Shown here one piece after another: positions 11,387-20,898 of a stretch of 64,000 nucleotides of DNA. Under the pieces are notes generated by a model, which saw nothing but the letters and a program-made list of their open reading frames with translations, did no database searches and had not been told where the DNA came from. The DNA lies in assembly GCA_963708075.1 (NCBI GenBank), contig OY970194.1:6048001-6112000 (forward strand), in the 5' to 3' direction. The number at the start of each line of letters is the position of its first letter. The first letter of the stretch is position 1. The DNA is from Sedimentisphaerales bacterium. Lineage in GTDB: Bacteria; Planctomycetota; Phycisphaerae; Sedimentisphaerales; Anaerobacaceae. The translations under genes were made by a program, and so were the position numbers.

Positions 11387-13345
11387 ATGAGCAGCAAGTA
11401 TTTAGAGAAGATCAATGGCCCGGCGGACCTGAGAAATTTGCAGGTGGCCGAGCTTGCAGGGTTGGCCGAGGAGATTCGGCAGTTCATTCTCGGCTCGGTG
11501 AGTAAGACCGGCGGACACCTGTCGAGCAATCTCGGCGCGGTGGAGCTGACGCTTGCGCTGCACTATGTTTTCGATTTCAAGCAGGACAAGCTGCTGTGGG
11601 ACGTAGGCCACCAGTGCTACACCCACAAGATCGTCACCGGCCGCAAGGCCGGCTTCGATCTGTTGCGCCACGCGGGAGGTATCAGCGGCTTCCCAAACCC
11701 GGCTGAGAGCGAGTATGACCTCTTCACCGTGGGACATGCCGGCACCTCCATCGCCACTGCCATCGGAATGGCGCTGGCCGAGCAGTTGAAGGTGAAGAAG
11801 GATGAGGCCGAGGCCAAGACGCCCCGTCGCGAGGCCGACAAGCTCAGGCCGCCGGCGCCGAGGATTGTCGCCGTGGTTGGCGACGCCAGCATCGTCAACG
11901 GCATTTCCTTCGAGGCCCTGAACAACCTCGGGCTGATCAAGCGCCAGATGCTCATCGTGCTCAACGACAACAACATGGCCATCGACGCGACCGTCGGGGC
12001 GGTGGCCAAGTACTTCTCCAAGGTCCGGCTGAGCCACACGTACGAAGATCTGCGCTGGACGACTAAAACGATCCTCGAACACGTCCCCGGCATCGGCCGC
12101 AGCGTCGAGGACGCACTCGAAAAGATCAAGAAGAGCATCCGCATGGTCGTGGCGCCGAGCCAAATGTTCGAGAGCCTCAACGTGCCCTATTTCGGCCCGG
12201 TGGATGGCCACGACATCGAAGCGCTCGTGAAGTTGTTCAAGACGCTCGGTCAGGTGGACCACCCGGTCCTGCTGCACCTGTACACGAAGAAGGGCAAAGG
12301 CTTCAACCCCGCCGACAAAGGGCCGACGAGATTCCACTCCACGGGCCCGTTCAAGATGAATGGCGACACCGTGGAATCGCCGGTCGTGGAGCACCCGCAG
12401 ACCTACACGGATGCCTTTGGCGAATCGCTGACCGCATTGGCACAGCAGGATGAGCGGATCGTGGCCATCACATCGGCCATGTGCGACGGGACCGGCCTCG
12501 TGGAGTTCCGTGAGAAGTTCCCGGACCGCTTCTATGATGTGGGGATCGCCGAGAGTGCGGCGGTGGATATCGCCGCGGGCCTGGCCAAGAGCGGCATGAG
12601 GCCCTTCGTGTGCATCTATTCGACCTTCCTGCAGCGCAGCTTCGACCAGATCTTCCAGGAGGTGTCGCTGCAGAACCTCCCCGTGGTCTTTTGCGTGGAC
12701 CGGGCCGGCATGGTCGGCTGCGACGGAGCCACCCATCACGGCCTGATGGATATCGGCTACCTGCGGATGCTGCCCAACATGGTTCTCACGGCCCCGGCCG
12801 ACGCTGTCGAGATGAAGCAGGCGCTGCAATTCGCCCTGGGCCAGGGTCAGCCGGTCGTGATACGCTATCCGAAGGACCTTGTCCCCCTCAATGAGTCCTT
12901 GCACGCGGCGTCGGAAAAGCCCTTCGAGTTGGGCAAGAGCATCGTTGTGCGGCGGGGCCGCAGACCCTCGCTGGCCATCGTCTGCTACGGCAGCATTCTC
13001 ACCGAGGCCCTGAAGGCCGCCGAAATGCTCAGTTCCGAGAAAATCTCCGCAGAAGTGATTAATGCACGCTTTGCCGCGCCGCTGGATGAGCGGTTCATGA
13101 GCCTGCTATCGACGGGCAAGAGCCTGATTACGGTCGAGGACCACTATCTCTCGTGCGGATTCGGCTCGGCCGTGCTCGAGCTGGCGGCCACCCGCGGCTG
13201 CGACCTGGGCAGGATTCGCGTGCTCGGTGCACCAAAGTGCTTTATCGGGCATAATTCTCGAAGCGCTCAGCTTATCCAGGCCGGCATTAATGCCGATGAA
13301 ATAGCTAAAACGGCCAAGGAATTGACCGCGAAATCAAGACAATAG
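11387..13345 (+). CDS. dxs: 1-deoxy-D-xylulose-5-phosphate synthase
   Basis: GGHLSSNLG, WDVGHQCY.HK, GHAGTS, GPVDGHD, DVGIAE, YSTFLQR, DRAG, IRYP. Confidence 0.98.
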   Translation: MSSKYLEKINGPADLRNLQVAELAGLAEEIRQFILGSVSKTGGHLSSNLGAVELTLALHYVFDFKQDKLLWDVGHQCYTHKIVTGRKAGFDLLRHAGGISGFPNPAESEYDLFTVGHAGTSIATAIGMALAEQLKVKKDEAEAKTPRREADKLRPPAPRIVAVVGDASIVNGISFEALNNLGLIKRQMLIVLNDNNMAIDATVGAVAKYFSKVRLSHTYEDLRWTTKTILEHVPGIGRSVEDALEKIKKSIRMVVAPSQMFESLNVPYFGPVDGHDIEALVKLFKTLGQVDHPVLLHLYTKKGKGFNPADKGPTRFHSTGPFKMNGDTVESPVVEHPQTYTDAFGESLTALAQQDERIVAITSAMCDGTGLVEFREKFPDRFYDVGIAESAAVDIAAGLAKSGMRPFVCIYSTFLQRSFDQIFQEVSLQNLPVVFCVDRAGMVGCDGATHHGLMDIGYLRMLPNMVLTAPADAVEMKQALQFALGQGQPVVIRYPKDLVPLNESLHAASEKPFELGKSIVVRRGRRPSLAIVCYGSILTEALKAAEMLSSEKISAEVINARFAAPLDERFMSLLSTGKSLITVEDHYLSCGFGSAVLELAATRGCDLGRIRVLGAPKCFIGHNSRSAQLIQAGINADEIAKTAKELTAKSRQ

Positions 13346-13357
13346 GCTGAGAGAGCC

Positions 13358-14230
13358 ATGAGACAGGGCAAGTCTCGACCCAGACTGGTAATATTCGGCG
13401 ACCCGGCGCGAGGGCATGTCGCCGAGGCGATTGAGGAGTTCTCAAAGTTCCTCAAAGATAAGGCCGAGCTCGTCGCCATTTGCTATATCTGCGAATGTAC
13501 GGCCGAAGTGCTGCGGGAGATCGATTTTGCCGTGGTCCTCGGCGGCGACGGCAGCATCATCTCGGCCGCGAGGACCCTCAGCGAAGCCAAGGTCCCGGTC
13601 ATCGGCGTCAATATGGGCAAACTCGGTTTCCTGGCCGAGTTCAGCCCCGCGGAATTCAAGGACTGGTACCACGACATCATTTCAGGCAAGGCGCCGGTCG
13701 AGAAGCGGATGATGCTCGGCTGCCGGGTCTCGGAGGGACCCGAGGGCAGTCCGCAGCGGTTCTTCTCGAAGGCGATCAATGATGTCTATATCACGTCGGG
13801 GCCGCCCTATCGCGTGATCGAGCTGGATATCTGTGTGGACGGTCAGCACGTGGCCAGTTGCGTTGGCGACGGGCTGATCGTCGCAACGCCGACCGGCTCG
13901 ACCGCGTACAACTTGTCGGCCGGCGGACCGATTCTGGCCGGCTCGATGGAGGCGATGGTGATCACGCCGATCTGCCCCCACTCGCTGAGTTTCCGGCCGA
14001 TCGTGATCGATGCGGCCAGCGTTGTCCAGATCAGCGCCATGAGATTGAACGAGGGCACAAGCGTCTCAGTCGATGGCCAGGTCTCCACCGGCTTGTCCCT
14101 ACGGGATGTCGTCACTATCGCCAGGGAGAAGTGCAACTTTCTGATCGTGGATAATCCGACGCGAACGCGCTGGGATACGCTGGCGACGAAGCTGGGCTGG
14201 GCGAAAGGGCCCAAGTACGAGAGTGAATAA
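13358..14230 (+). CDS. nadK: NAD(+) kinase
   Basis: LGGDGS, GKLGFL, ND motif, GDGLIVATPTGSTAYNLSAGGP. Confidence 0.97.
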   Translation: MRQGKSRPRLVIFGDPARGHVAEAIEEFSKFLKDKAELVAICYICECTAEVLREIDFAVVLGGDGSIISAARTLSEAKVPVIGVNMGKLGFLAEFSPAEFKDWYHDIISGKAPVEKRMMLGCRVSEGPEGSPQRFFSKAINDVYITSGPPYRVIELDICVDGQHVASCVGDGLIVATPTGSTAYNLSAGGPILAGSMEAMVITPICPHSLSFRPIVIDAASVVQISAMRLNEGTSVSVDGQVSTGLSLRDVVTIAREKCNFLIVDNPTRTRWDTLATKLGWAKGPKYESE

Positions 14231-14366
14231 GCGGCCGCCGGATGGCGGCTGTGGCAGGATGCACGGCAGCAAAAGGATTGCGAACCCAAGGAGCAGTTGC
14301 CGGGTACTCTCTTCAGAGACACGGCAGAATGGGCTCTCGGAATAACGTGAGTACGGGAGTGATCGT

Positions 14367-16388
14367 ATGAGAGGTTCACAATCGACCGGATCGAGTCCTG
14401 TGCAAGTACAGATAGGGCTCTGGGTGCCATGCTTACGCTTGCGTAAGCATGTCTGCCTGTCGAGAGAAAGCATGTCCACGCAAGCGTGGACATGGCACCC
14501 AGCCATGGCGATCGCCGTGTGCCTGTCCCTTCTGCTGTTCGCAGGCGGCGCCTGGGCGTCCTACGGTACAAGTCCCGTCGGTTCGCCGACGCTGCCGCCG
14601 AGCAGCTACGAAGGGGGCCTCGTCGCAAATCCCAATCCGCTGGACAACAGCAGCAACTCAGTCATCACCGGCAACGTCCGGGGCGGAAAACATTTCCGGG
14701 GCCCGGTGCCCTATGACGCATCCACGAGTTTTCAGGCGCCGCTGGGCTCGACCCGGCTCGATTCGTTCCTGAGGTATTCGGCCGTGCCGGAGGAACTGGG
14801 CGGATATTCGCCCGGATACGACACGTTCTATTCCCCGACGGGGACGGCCTCGAAGATCCGGCCGGGACAGGGCGGCGTCTTTGCGCCGACGAGTCCGAGA
14901 GTGGCAGGGGGGATCGCGCAGTGGCGCTCCGACCAACCGCCGGATGTCGTGGATTTGGGCGATATCAGGCAGTCGTATACCTCCGTCGGCAAGGCGGCCA
15001 CCGCGACCGATGGCAGCCAGGAGTCCTGGCGAAGATATGGGAACTGGCCGCTGTCCAGAACGCCCGAACAGATGCAACAGGTCGTGTCCGACGAGTTTGG
15101 CCGGCTATTCGCCGATGACCCTGCGTCACAGCAGAGAGATCAACCCATAACATCCGAGGAATACCAGCTCCAGATGGAGCAATTCCGTCAGCAGCTCGAG
15201 AAGGTCACGGCCGATGCATCGAGGCTGGAGCAGTCCGTGAGGGTTGGTGACGCTCTGCCGAAAGACGCATCACAGCAGGCGCCGAGCGATCCTGTAGAAC
15301 TCACGGGTTTGCGCAAGGCTCTTGAAGGCGCGCCGGCGCCGTTGTCGCAGCCGCCGGACGCGGAACGCCGTAGCGACTCAGAATTAGTGTTGCTCAGGCC
15401 CGCGTCACTGATTCCGGGCACTCCGACAATCGATAGACAGGCGCAGACGCCTGATGCTGCCGACATCCCGGGTCTCATCGCGCCGCCCGCCGGTCCGAAG
15501 GGCAGCGCGACTACGGAGCCCCGAGGCTCGTCCCCCAGTCTGCAAACTGGTCCCGGGGGACTGGCCGCCGATGCGGCGACGCGGACAAATCGAATTGCCG
15601 AGCTGTTCCTGACGAGGGGGCAGGGCGGGACTGGACAGAGCCAGATGAACAGTGCCGGAGAGTTGCCTGCATTGCAGCGGATCAAGGAAACGGCCGGTGC
15701 ACTGGAGACGCCATCCGGTTCTATGTCGCGTGTGCCGACGAATGCGGCGGGCGATACGAGCCTGACGCCGGACCGCCTGGCATTGCTCATGGAGCAACTG
15801 CGCTCGACCTCGGGCGAGATGGACGCACTGGAAGGCGCCGATGCGAACAAGCCGGCGGCCGGCGAACTGAAGCCGTCGGATACACCGACCGACAATCAGA
15901 AGCACACAAAATACGAGGCACTCACGGCCGCCTCGCAGGAGAAGTTCGATCGCTATTTGAAGGCGGCCGAGCTGTACCTGCAGCAGGGCAGGTACTATCG
16001 CGCCGTCGAGTCATTCTCACTCGCCTCGCTCTACAATCCGAACGATCGGCGAGTGCACATCGGCAGGAGCCATGCGCTATTTGCCGCCGGCGAGTACGTC
16101 AGCAGCGCCACCTTCCTGGCGAAAGCGATCGAGACCGACCCGGGCCAGACCCTCACGAAGCTGGACCTGGTCAACGCGACCGGCGGTCCGGACCTGTTCC
16201 TGCGCCGCATCACCGATCTCGAGCAGTGTTCCGGCAAGACCGGCACGCCCGACCTGCAGCTCCTGCTTGCCTACATTTACTACCAGATGGACCGGCCGGA
16301 AGAGGCAAAGACAGCGATCGGCGCGGCCGAAAAAGGACTGAGCCACCTTCCTGCGGTCGACCTGCTCAAAGGCGCAATCACCAAGTGA
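14367..16388 (+). CDS. Secreted protein with long low-complexity region and C-terminal TPR repeats
   Basis: GGGAG RBS before ATG 14367; hydrophobic signal AIAVCLSLLLFAGGAWA; TPR-like AELYLQQGRYYRAVESF, LLAYIYYQMDRPEEAK. Alternative start 14505. Confidence 0.75.
   Translation: MRGSQSTGSSPVQVQIGLWVPCLRLRKHVCLSRESMSTQAWTWHPAMAIAVCLSLLLFAGGAWASYGTSPVGSPTLPPSSYEGGLVANPNPLDNSSNSVITGNVRGGKHFRGPVPYDASTSFQAPLGSTRLDSFLRYSAVPEELGGYSPGYDTFYSPTGTASKIRPGQGGVFAPTSPRVAGGIAQWRSDQPPDVVDLGDIRQSYTSVGKAATATDGSQESWRRYGNWPLSRTPEQMQQVVSDEFGRLFADDPASQQRDQPITSEEYQLQMEQFRQQLEKVTADASRLEQSVRVGDALPKDASQQAPSDPVELTGLRKALEGAPAPLSQPPDAERRSDSELVLLRPASLIPGTPTIDRQAQTPDAADIPGLIAPPAGPKGSATTEPRGSSPSLQTGPGGLAADAATRTNRIAELFLTRGQGGTGQSQMNSAGELPALQRIKETAGALETPSGSMSRVPTNAAGDTSLTPDRLALLMEQLRSTSGEMDALEGADANKPAAGELKPSDTPTDNQKHTKYEALTAASQEKFDRYLKAAELYLQQGRYYRAVESFSLASLYNPNDRRVHIGRSHALFAAGEYVSSATFLAKAIETDPGQTLTKLDLVNATGGPDLFLRRITDLEQCSGKTGTPDLQLLLAYIYYQMDRPEEAKTAIGAAEKGLSHLPAVDLLKGAITK
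14420..14502. repeat. REP-like double palindrome inside the 5' end of the TPR gene
   Basis: CTGGGTGCCATGCTTACGCTTGCGTAAGCATG...CATGTCCACGCAAGCGTGGACATGGCACCCAG. Confidence 0.8.
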
Positions 16389-16398
16389 CGCTCGGCGC

Positions 16399-16809
16399 TC
16401 AGCCGACGTATCGAACCACGTACAGCCAGTTCGCGGCAAACAGAACCGACAATATCACCCACACTGCTGCTCGTTCCGCACGGGTCAGGAGAAGGCGAGG
16501 ACTTCTTCCTGTCAGCGCCCGAAGGAGAATCACAGCACTGGCTGTCCCGAGAAATGAAAAGAGCAGCGGATTATAGAGCCACGCCTGGATGGGGTGCCCG
16601 TGCAGAAACGCCAGTGTCCCCCGCGTGAAGCCGCAGGAGGGGCATGGCCAGCCGGCGAGTCGCTTGAACAGGCAAAGCTGGACTGTCACGCCGGCATGCG
16701 AGGCAAGAAGCAGAACAACGCCTCCGAGCGCCAGCCAAAGCGCCGGCAGGACAATCGCCCACCACGGCCAGTCCGGCCACCGCTTGAGCTGGACCCATTC
16801 GATTTTCAT
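16399..16809 (-). CDS. DUF2752-like membrane protein
   Basis: CLFKRLAGWPCPSCGFTRG and A..YNPL motifs; three TM segments. Confidence 0.85.
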   Translation of the reverse strand: MKIEWVQLKRWPDWPWWAIVLPALWLALGGVVLLLASHAGVTVQLCLFKRLAGWPCPSCGFTRGTLAFLHGHPIQAWLYNPLLFSFLGTASAVILLRALTGRSPRLLLTRAERAAVWVILSVLFAANWLYVVRYVG

Positions 16810-16824
16810 GGCCCCGATAGCATC

Positions 16825-17160
16825 TCAAACCGAAACGGGCGCTCCAGCCCCGATGACTATCGAGGCGATCAGCAGGATCATGCATATGGCTAGGACCATC
16901 AGTGTGAGCACCACGCTGATGATACCGCAGATCTTTCCTGCCTGCGTGAGCCCCCGGCCGGAGGAGTCCATTCTGCCGGCGTTCATCTCCCGGAGATCGG
17001 AATTGGCCAGTACCCATGCTATGATGCCGGCGACAAAACAGGAGCAGAGCAGACTGATGATGCCGAGCACCAGGATCACGCCGCCGCGATGCGGCCTCAT
17101 CGGTTGTCCTACTGGATACGCCTGCACGGGTTGGACAGGAGGTTGGCCGCCGGTTGTCAT
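16825..17160 (-). CDS. DUF4190-like membrane protein
   Basis: PHRGGVILVLGIISL..GIIAWV..G.G...AGKICGII; GGAGG RBS. Confidence 0.8.
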   Translation of the reverse strand: MTTGGQPPVQPVQAYPVGQPMRPHRGGVILVLGIISLLCSCFVAGIIAWVLANSDLREMNAGRMDSSGRGLTQAGKICGIISVVLTLMVLAICMILLIASIVIGAGAPVSV

Positions 17161-17369
17161 TGTGCCTCCTTGCTCATCAGAAATCTCCACTTGTGGTTTT
17201 CATGCCGGTCTGCGGAAACCGCCGCAACGATCTCGCAGGTCAAGGCATACTGACATTCAAGCTACCGGATTATCTTCTTTGCGCCAAGCCGCAATTTGGA
17301 GATTGCTTGAGAAGGCCGCTGTGGTTTCGACGAGCCCCGAGTGTACTTGCCGTCCTTGCCTCAACCGGC

Positions 17370-17690
17370 TCAGGCTTTTCGGAAGACGGCGACGATGTTC
17401 TCCACTTCGACGACGAAGAGGCGGTTGTCGCCCTCGAAATCGACGGGAATGGCGCCTTTGGGGTTGAACAGGACCTTGTCGTACTTGCGCAGCGGAATCT
17501 CGGGCATGGTCTCGACCTCTGCCGAGACGGCTACGACGCGGCCGGTAATGGTGGGGATTTCAATGTTGTCGGGCAGCCGGATGCCGCCCTTGGTTTCTTT
17601 CTTGTCCTCGTCCTTGCGAATCAGGACACGCTTGCCTATGGGCTCCACCGTCTCGAACGATTCGGTTTCGACAGTCGGTTTCTTGTCCAT
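17370..17690 (-). CDS. groES: Co-chaperonin GroES family protein (no adjacent groEL)
   Basis: EPIGKRVLIR..ETKGGIRLPD..GRVVAV..DKVLF..ENIVAV. Confidence 0.85.
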   Translation of the reverse strand: MDKKPTVETESFETVEPIGKRVLIRKDEDKKETKGGIRLPDNIEIPTITGRVVAVSAEVETMPEIPLRKYDKVLFNPKGAIPVDFEGDNRLFVVEVENIVAVFRKA

Positions 17691-17762
17691 TTATGCTACC
17701 TTTGCACCTGACCAAGCTGTCATCTTCCAGCCATTATACATAGATTGTCCAGCTTGAAGGGG

Positions 17763-20132
17763 TCACTTCTTGGACGCTGCTGCCTTTTCGGGTTTGAACT
17801 GGGCGAGGATCTCCTTGGCCTGCTCGGGCGACTTCGGCGGCCACTGGCCCTCGGCCTGCATCTGCTTGAGCCGGTCGAGGCCCTTGATGCTGACGATGGT
17901 GCGGCAGCGGGGGAAGCGATTGCAGCCGAGGAACGGCCCGCGCTTGCTCTGGCGGACAACCAGTTCGCCCTGCTTGCAATTGTAGCATTTCACGCCCGTC
18001 GGCTCCGCCGGTGGCTTGGGCGGCAGGACGTTGCCCTGCTTATCCATCTTCTGCGTCGTCTTGCATTGCGGGTAATCGCTGCATCCGAGGAACGTGCCGA
18101 ATCGGCTCCGCTTGACGACCATGGGCTTTCCGCAGGCGGGGCACTTGTGCTCCGTGACCTGAGCCTGCACCATTTTGCCTTCCTTGTCACAGGGACAGGC
18201 GAATTTGCACTCGGGGTACGCGGAGCAGCTCAGGAATTTGCCATTCTTGCCGAACTTGTACAGGAGCTGCCGGCCGCAGTCCGGGCACGTGTACTCGCTG
18301 GGCGTGCTCTCGGCCTTGGCGTGCTTCATCTCCTTCTGGGCTGTCTCCAGGTTCTCCTTGAACGGCCCGTAAAAATCGCTCAGTACGCCCTGCCAGGCCA
18401 GGTGTTGTTCCTCGATCTTGTCGAGTTGCTCCTCCATGTGGCGCGTGAACGCGATGTCCATGATCCGCGGGAAGTACTCGTCGAGCTTGCTGGTGACGAC
18501 CTCGCCAAGGTCTGTGGCATAGAATTTCTTCTCTCGCTGCTCGACGTACCCGCGTTCCTGGATTGTGCTGATGATCGGCGCGTAAGTGCTGGGCCGGCCG
18601 ATGCCCTCCTTTTCGAGGGCCTTGATCAGCGAGGCTTCGGTGTACCGGGCCGGAGGCTTCGTGAAGTGTTGCTCGGGCCAGACGTCCACTGTCGCGAGCT
18701 TCTGTCCCACCTGGTTCGGCGGCAATTGCTGCTCGGCGGATGACGTCAGCCAGACCTTGTTGAACCCATCGAACACGAGCGTTCGGCCGGTCGCGCGGTA
18801 CATGGCCGGGCCGACCTTCGTAGGGGCGGTGATGCTCAGCGTGGTCACGTTCCACTTGGCCGACTCCATCTGGCATGCGACGAATCGGCGCCAGACGAGG
18901 TCGTAGAGCTTGAACTGCTCGTCGCTGAGGTGCTGTCGGATCTCGCTGGGCGTCAGATCGACGTCGGTCGGTCGGATTGCCTCGTGGGCCTGCTGGGCGG
19001 ACTTCTTCGATGCATAGACGTTGGGCTTCTCCGGCAGGTACTTGGGGCCGAACTGGTGCTCGATGTACTTGCGTGCCTCGCCGATCGCTTCGCCGGACAC
19101 GTGCGTGCTGTCCGTTCGCATGTAGGTGATCAGACCCAGCGAGCCCATCGACCCGAGATCGATGCCCTCGTAGAGCTGTTGGGCGACCGCCATCGTCCTC
19201 TTGGCACTGAAGCCAAGGCGGTTGGCCGCTGCCTGCTGCAGCGTGGAGGTGATGAACGGAGCCTGGGGATGGGTTACGGACTCCTTCGTCTCGATATCGG
19301 AGATTTTGAACTCGGCGTGCTCGAGCTCGCGGAAGACCGCTTCCGTCTCCTCCTTGGTGGACGCCTTGAACTTGTTGTCGCCGATCCTGTACAACTCCGC
19401 CTCGAAGGCGTTGTGCTCGGCGAGCCATTTGCCCTTCTCTTCAACCGTCGGGCCCTTGGCGTCGGGCGTCTTCGGCGTTACGAATTGGAGCCACTGGCCT
19501 CGGAAGTTGCTCTGCAGATCGGTCGTGAAGACGGCGGGGATCAGCCAGTACTCCTCGGCCTTGAAATCGTGAATCTCCCGCTCCCTTTGCACGATGATTT
19601 TGACGGCGACGGATTGGACTCGTCCGGCGGACAAGCCCCGCGTTACCTTTTTCCAGAGCAGGGGGCTGATCTCGTAGCCGACGATGCGGTCGAGGACTCT
19701 GCGTGCCTGCTGGGCCATGACCTTGTCCATATCAATCCGGCCCGGCTCCGAAAACGCCTGCTGGATCGCCGATTTCGTGATGGCGTTGAAGATCACCCGA
19801 TAGATGCGGTTCTCTGGAATCCCGAGGATTTGCGCAAGGTGCCAGGCGATGGCCTCGCCCTCGCGGTCAAGGTCTGTCGCCAGGTAGAGCTTGTCGCACT
19901 TCTTCGCCGCCGCTTTCAGTTGCGTGACGACGCGCTTCTTGCCCGGCATGATGTCGTACGTAGGCTCGAAATTGTTCTCGATGTCCACGTTGAGGCCCTT
20001 GGAGGGCAGATCGCGGACGTGCCCCATCGAGGCCTTGACGTCAAAATCCGGGCCCAGGTACCTGTTGATCGTCTTGGCCTTTGCGGGCGACTCGACGATA
20101 ACCAGCGATTTATGCGAATTTGAGCTTGCCAT
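17763..20132 (-). CDS. topA: DNA topoisomerase I with C-terminal Zn ribbons
   Basis: LVIVESPAKAKTI, ATDLDREGEAI, SAGRVQS, ITYMRTDS, AHEAIRPT, GIGRPSTY; three C4 Zn-ribbon repeats. Confidence 0.99.
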   Translation of the reverse strand: MASSNSHKSLVIVESPAKAKTINRYLGPDFDVKASMGHVRDLPSKGLNVDIENNFEPTYDIMPGKKRVVTQLKAAAKKCDKLYLATDLDREGEAIAWHLAQILGIPENRIYRVIFNAITKSAIQQAFSEPGRIDMDKVMAQQARRVLDRIVGYEISPLLWKKVTRGLSAGRVQSVAVKIIVQREREIHDFKAEEYWLIPAVFTTDLQSNFRGQWLQFVTPKTPDAKGPTVEEKGKWLAEHNAFEAELYRIGDNKFKASTKEETEAVFRELEHAEFKISDIETKESVTHPQAPFITSTLQQAAANRLGFSAKRTMAVAQQLYEGIDLGSMGSLGLITYMRTDSTHVSGEAIGEARKYIEHQFGPKYLPEKPNVYASKKSAQQAHEAIRPTDVDLTPSEIRQHLSDEQFKLYDLVWRRFVACQMESAKWNVTTLSITAPTKVGPAMYRATGRTLVFDGFNKVWLTSSAEQQLPPNQVGQKLATVDVWPEQHFTKPPARYTEASLIKALEKEGIGRPSTYAPIISTIQERGYVEQREKKFYATDLGEVVTSKLDEYFPRIMDIAFTRHMEEQLDKIEEQHLAWQGVLSDFYGPFKENLETAQKEMKHAKAESTPSEYTCPDCGRQLLYKFGKNGKFLSCSAYPECKFACPCDKEGKMVQAQVTEHKCPACGKPMVVKRSRFGTFLGCSDYPQCKTTQKMDKQGNVLPPKPPAEPTGVKCYNCKQGELVVRQSKRGPFLGCNRFPRCRTIVSIKGLDRLKQMQAEGQWPPKSPEQAKEILAQFKPEKAAASKK

Positions 20133-20316
20133 GCGCTATCATTCAATCCAGTGCCATCTGTAAAAGTGTCTGATAACAACCGCACCGCCGGGGGGAGAGT
20201 CCGCTATAAAACGGCCGACGCTGCTTTTCTACCGGCATTACCACGCGCAGGTTCGGCCCCGGCCCGAAGATTCCAACCCCTTATCGGCCGGTTCCCCGTC
20301 GGGATTTAGAAACGGA

Positions 20317-20345
20317 CACATACAGAGCCACCCGGAAGATGTCAA
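20317..20345 (-). promoter_or_regulatory. Putative sigma70 promoter of topA
   Basis: Minus strand TTGACA-N17-TATGTG, about 185 nt upstream of the start. Confidence 0.5.
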
Positions 20346-20367
20346 CAGAAAAAGAAGATGGGGGGAG

Positions 20368-20461
20368 GGGTGGCAGCGGCAAGCGCCAGCTTGCCGATGG
20401 CTCATGGATGCTGCGGAACGCCATCGGCAAGCTTCGCAGGCTGCGCTTGCCGCTGCCACCC
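20368..20461. repeat. Long REP-like hairpin
   Basis: GGGTGGCAGCGGCAAGCGC-CAGCTTGCCGATGGC...GCCATCGGCAAGCT...GCGCTTGCCGCTGCCACCC. Confidence 0.75.
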
Positions 20462-20547
20462 ATGATTTGCATGGAATCTTGTGATGTCGCCGCCTCGGGT
20501 TGCCGAACAACATCCATAGGGCAACGTACTAATAGCGGTGCCTACAA

Positions 20548-20589
20548 GGGCTGAGGTTAAAAGTCCTCCTGTCTCAGCCCATTTTTTTT
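20548..20589 (+). terminator. Terminator-like hairpin with CCUCC loop (copy 1)
   Basis: GGGCTGAG...TCCTCCT...CTCAGCCC-A-T8. Confidence 0.6.
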
Positions 20590-20752
20590 CGCCCCTTCCA
20601 AAACACCCTATGACTTGCAGGGGATTGCGCGAGGACACAGAGCCATTGACATCATCCGCAAGAGATTCTCCCAGAATTTTGTTTGTCCCGGTGAACTTCT
20701 TGTGGTATCCTCAGTAAATCGGAATGACTACTATTGAGATGCCAAGCATTAC

Positions 20753-20810
20753 ACAGGGCTGGGGTTATCTCGCTTTTCCTCTCCCTCCGCTCCTCAGCCC
20801 TGTTTTTTTT
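20753..20810 (+). terminator. Terminator-like hairpin with CU-rich loop (copy 2)
   Basis: ACAGGGCTGGGG...TTTTCCTCTCCCTCC...CCTCAGCCCTGT-T7. Confidence 0.6.
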
Positions 20811-20898
20811 CCTTCGTCCCACAAGGGCGCTTTATGTCATTGCGAGCGCAGCGAAGCAATTTCAGACGCATAGGACAAATAGGACCTATGTGGCGGGC

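Noticed and set aside
20133..20316. Riboswitch in the topA leader
   Set aside because: GC-rich and could fold, but I recognised no known aptamer consensus.
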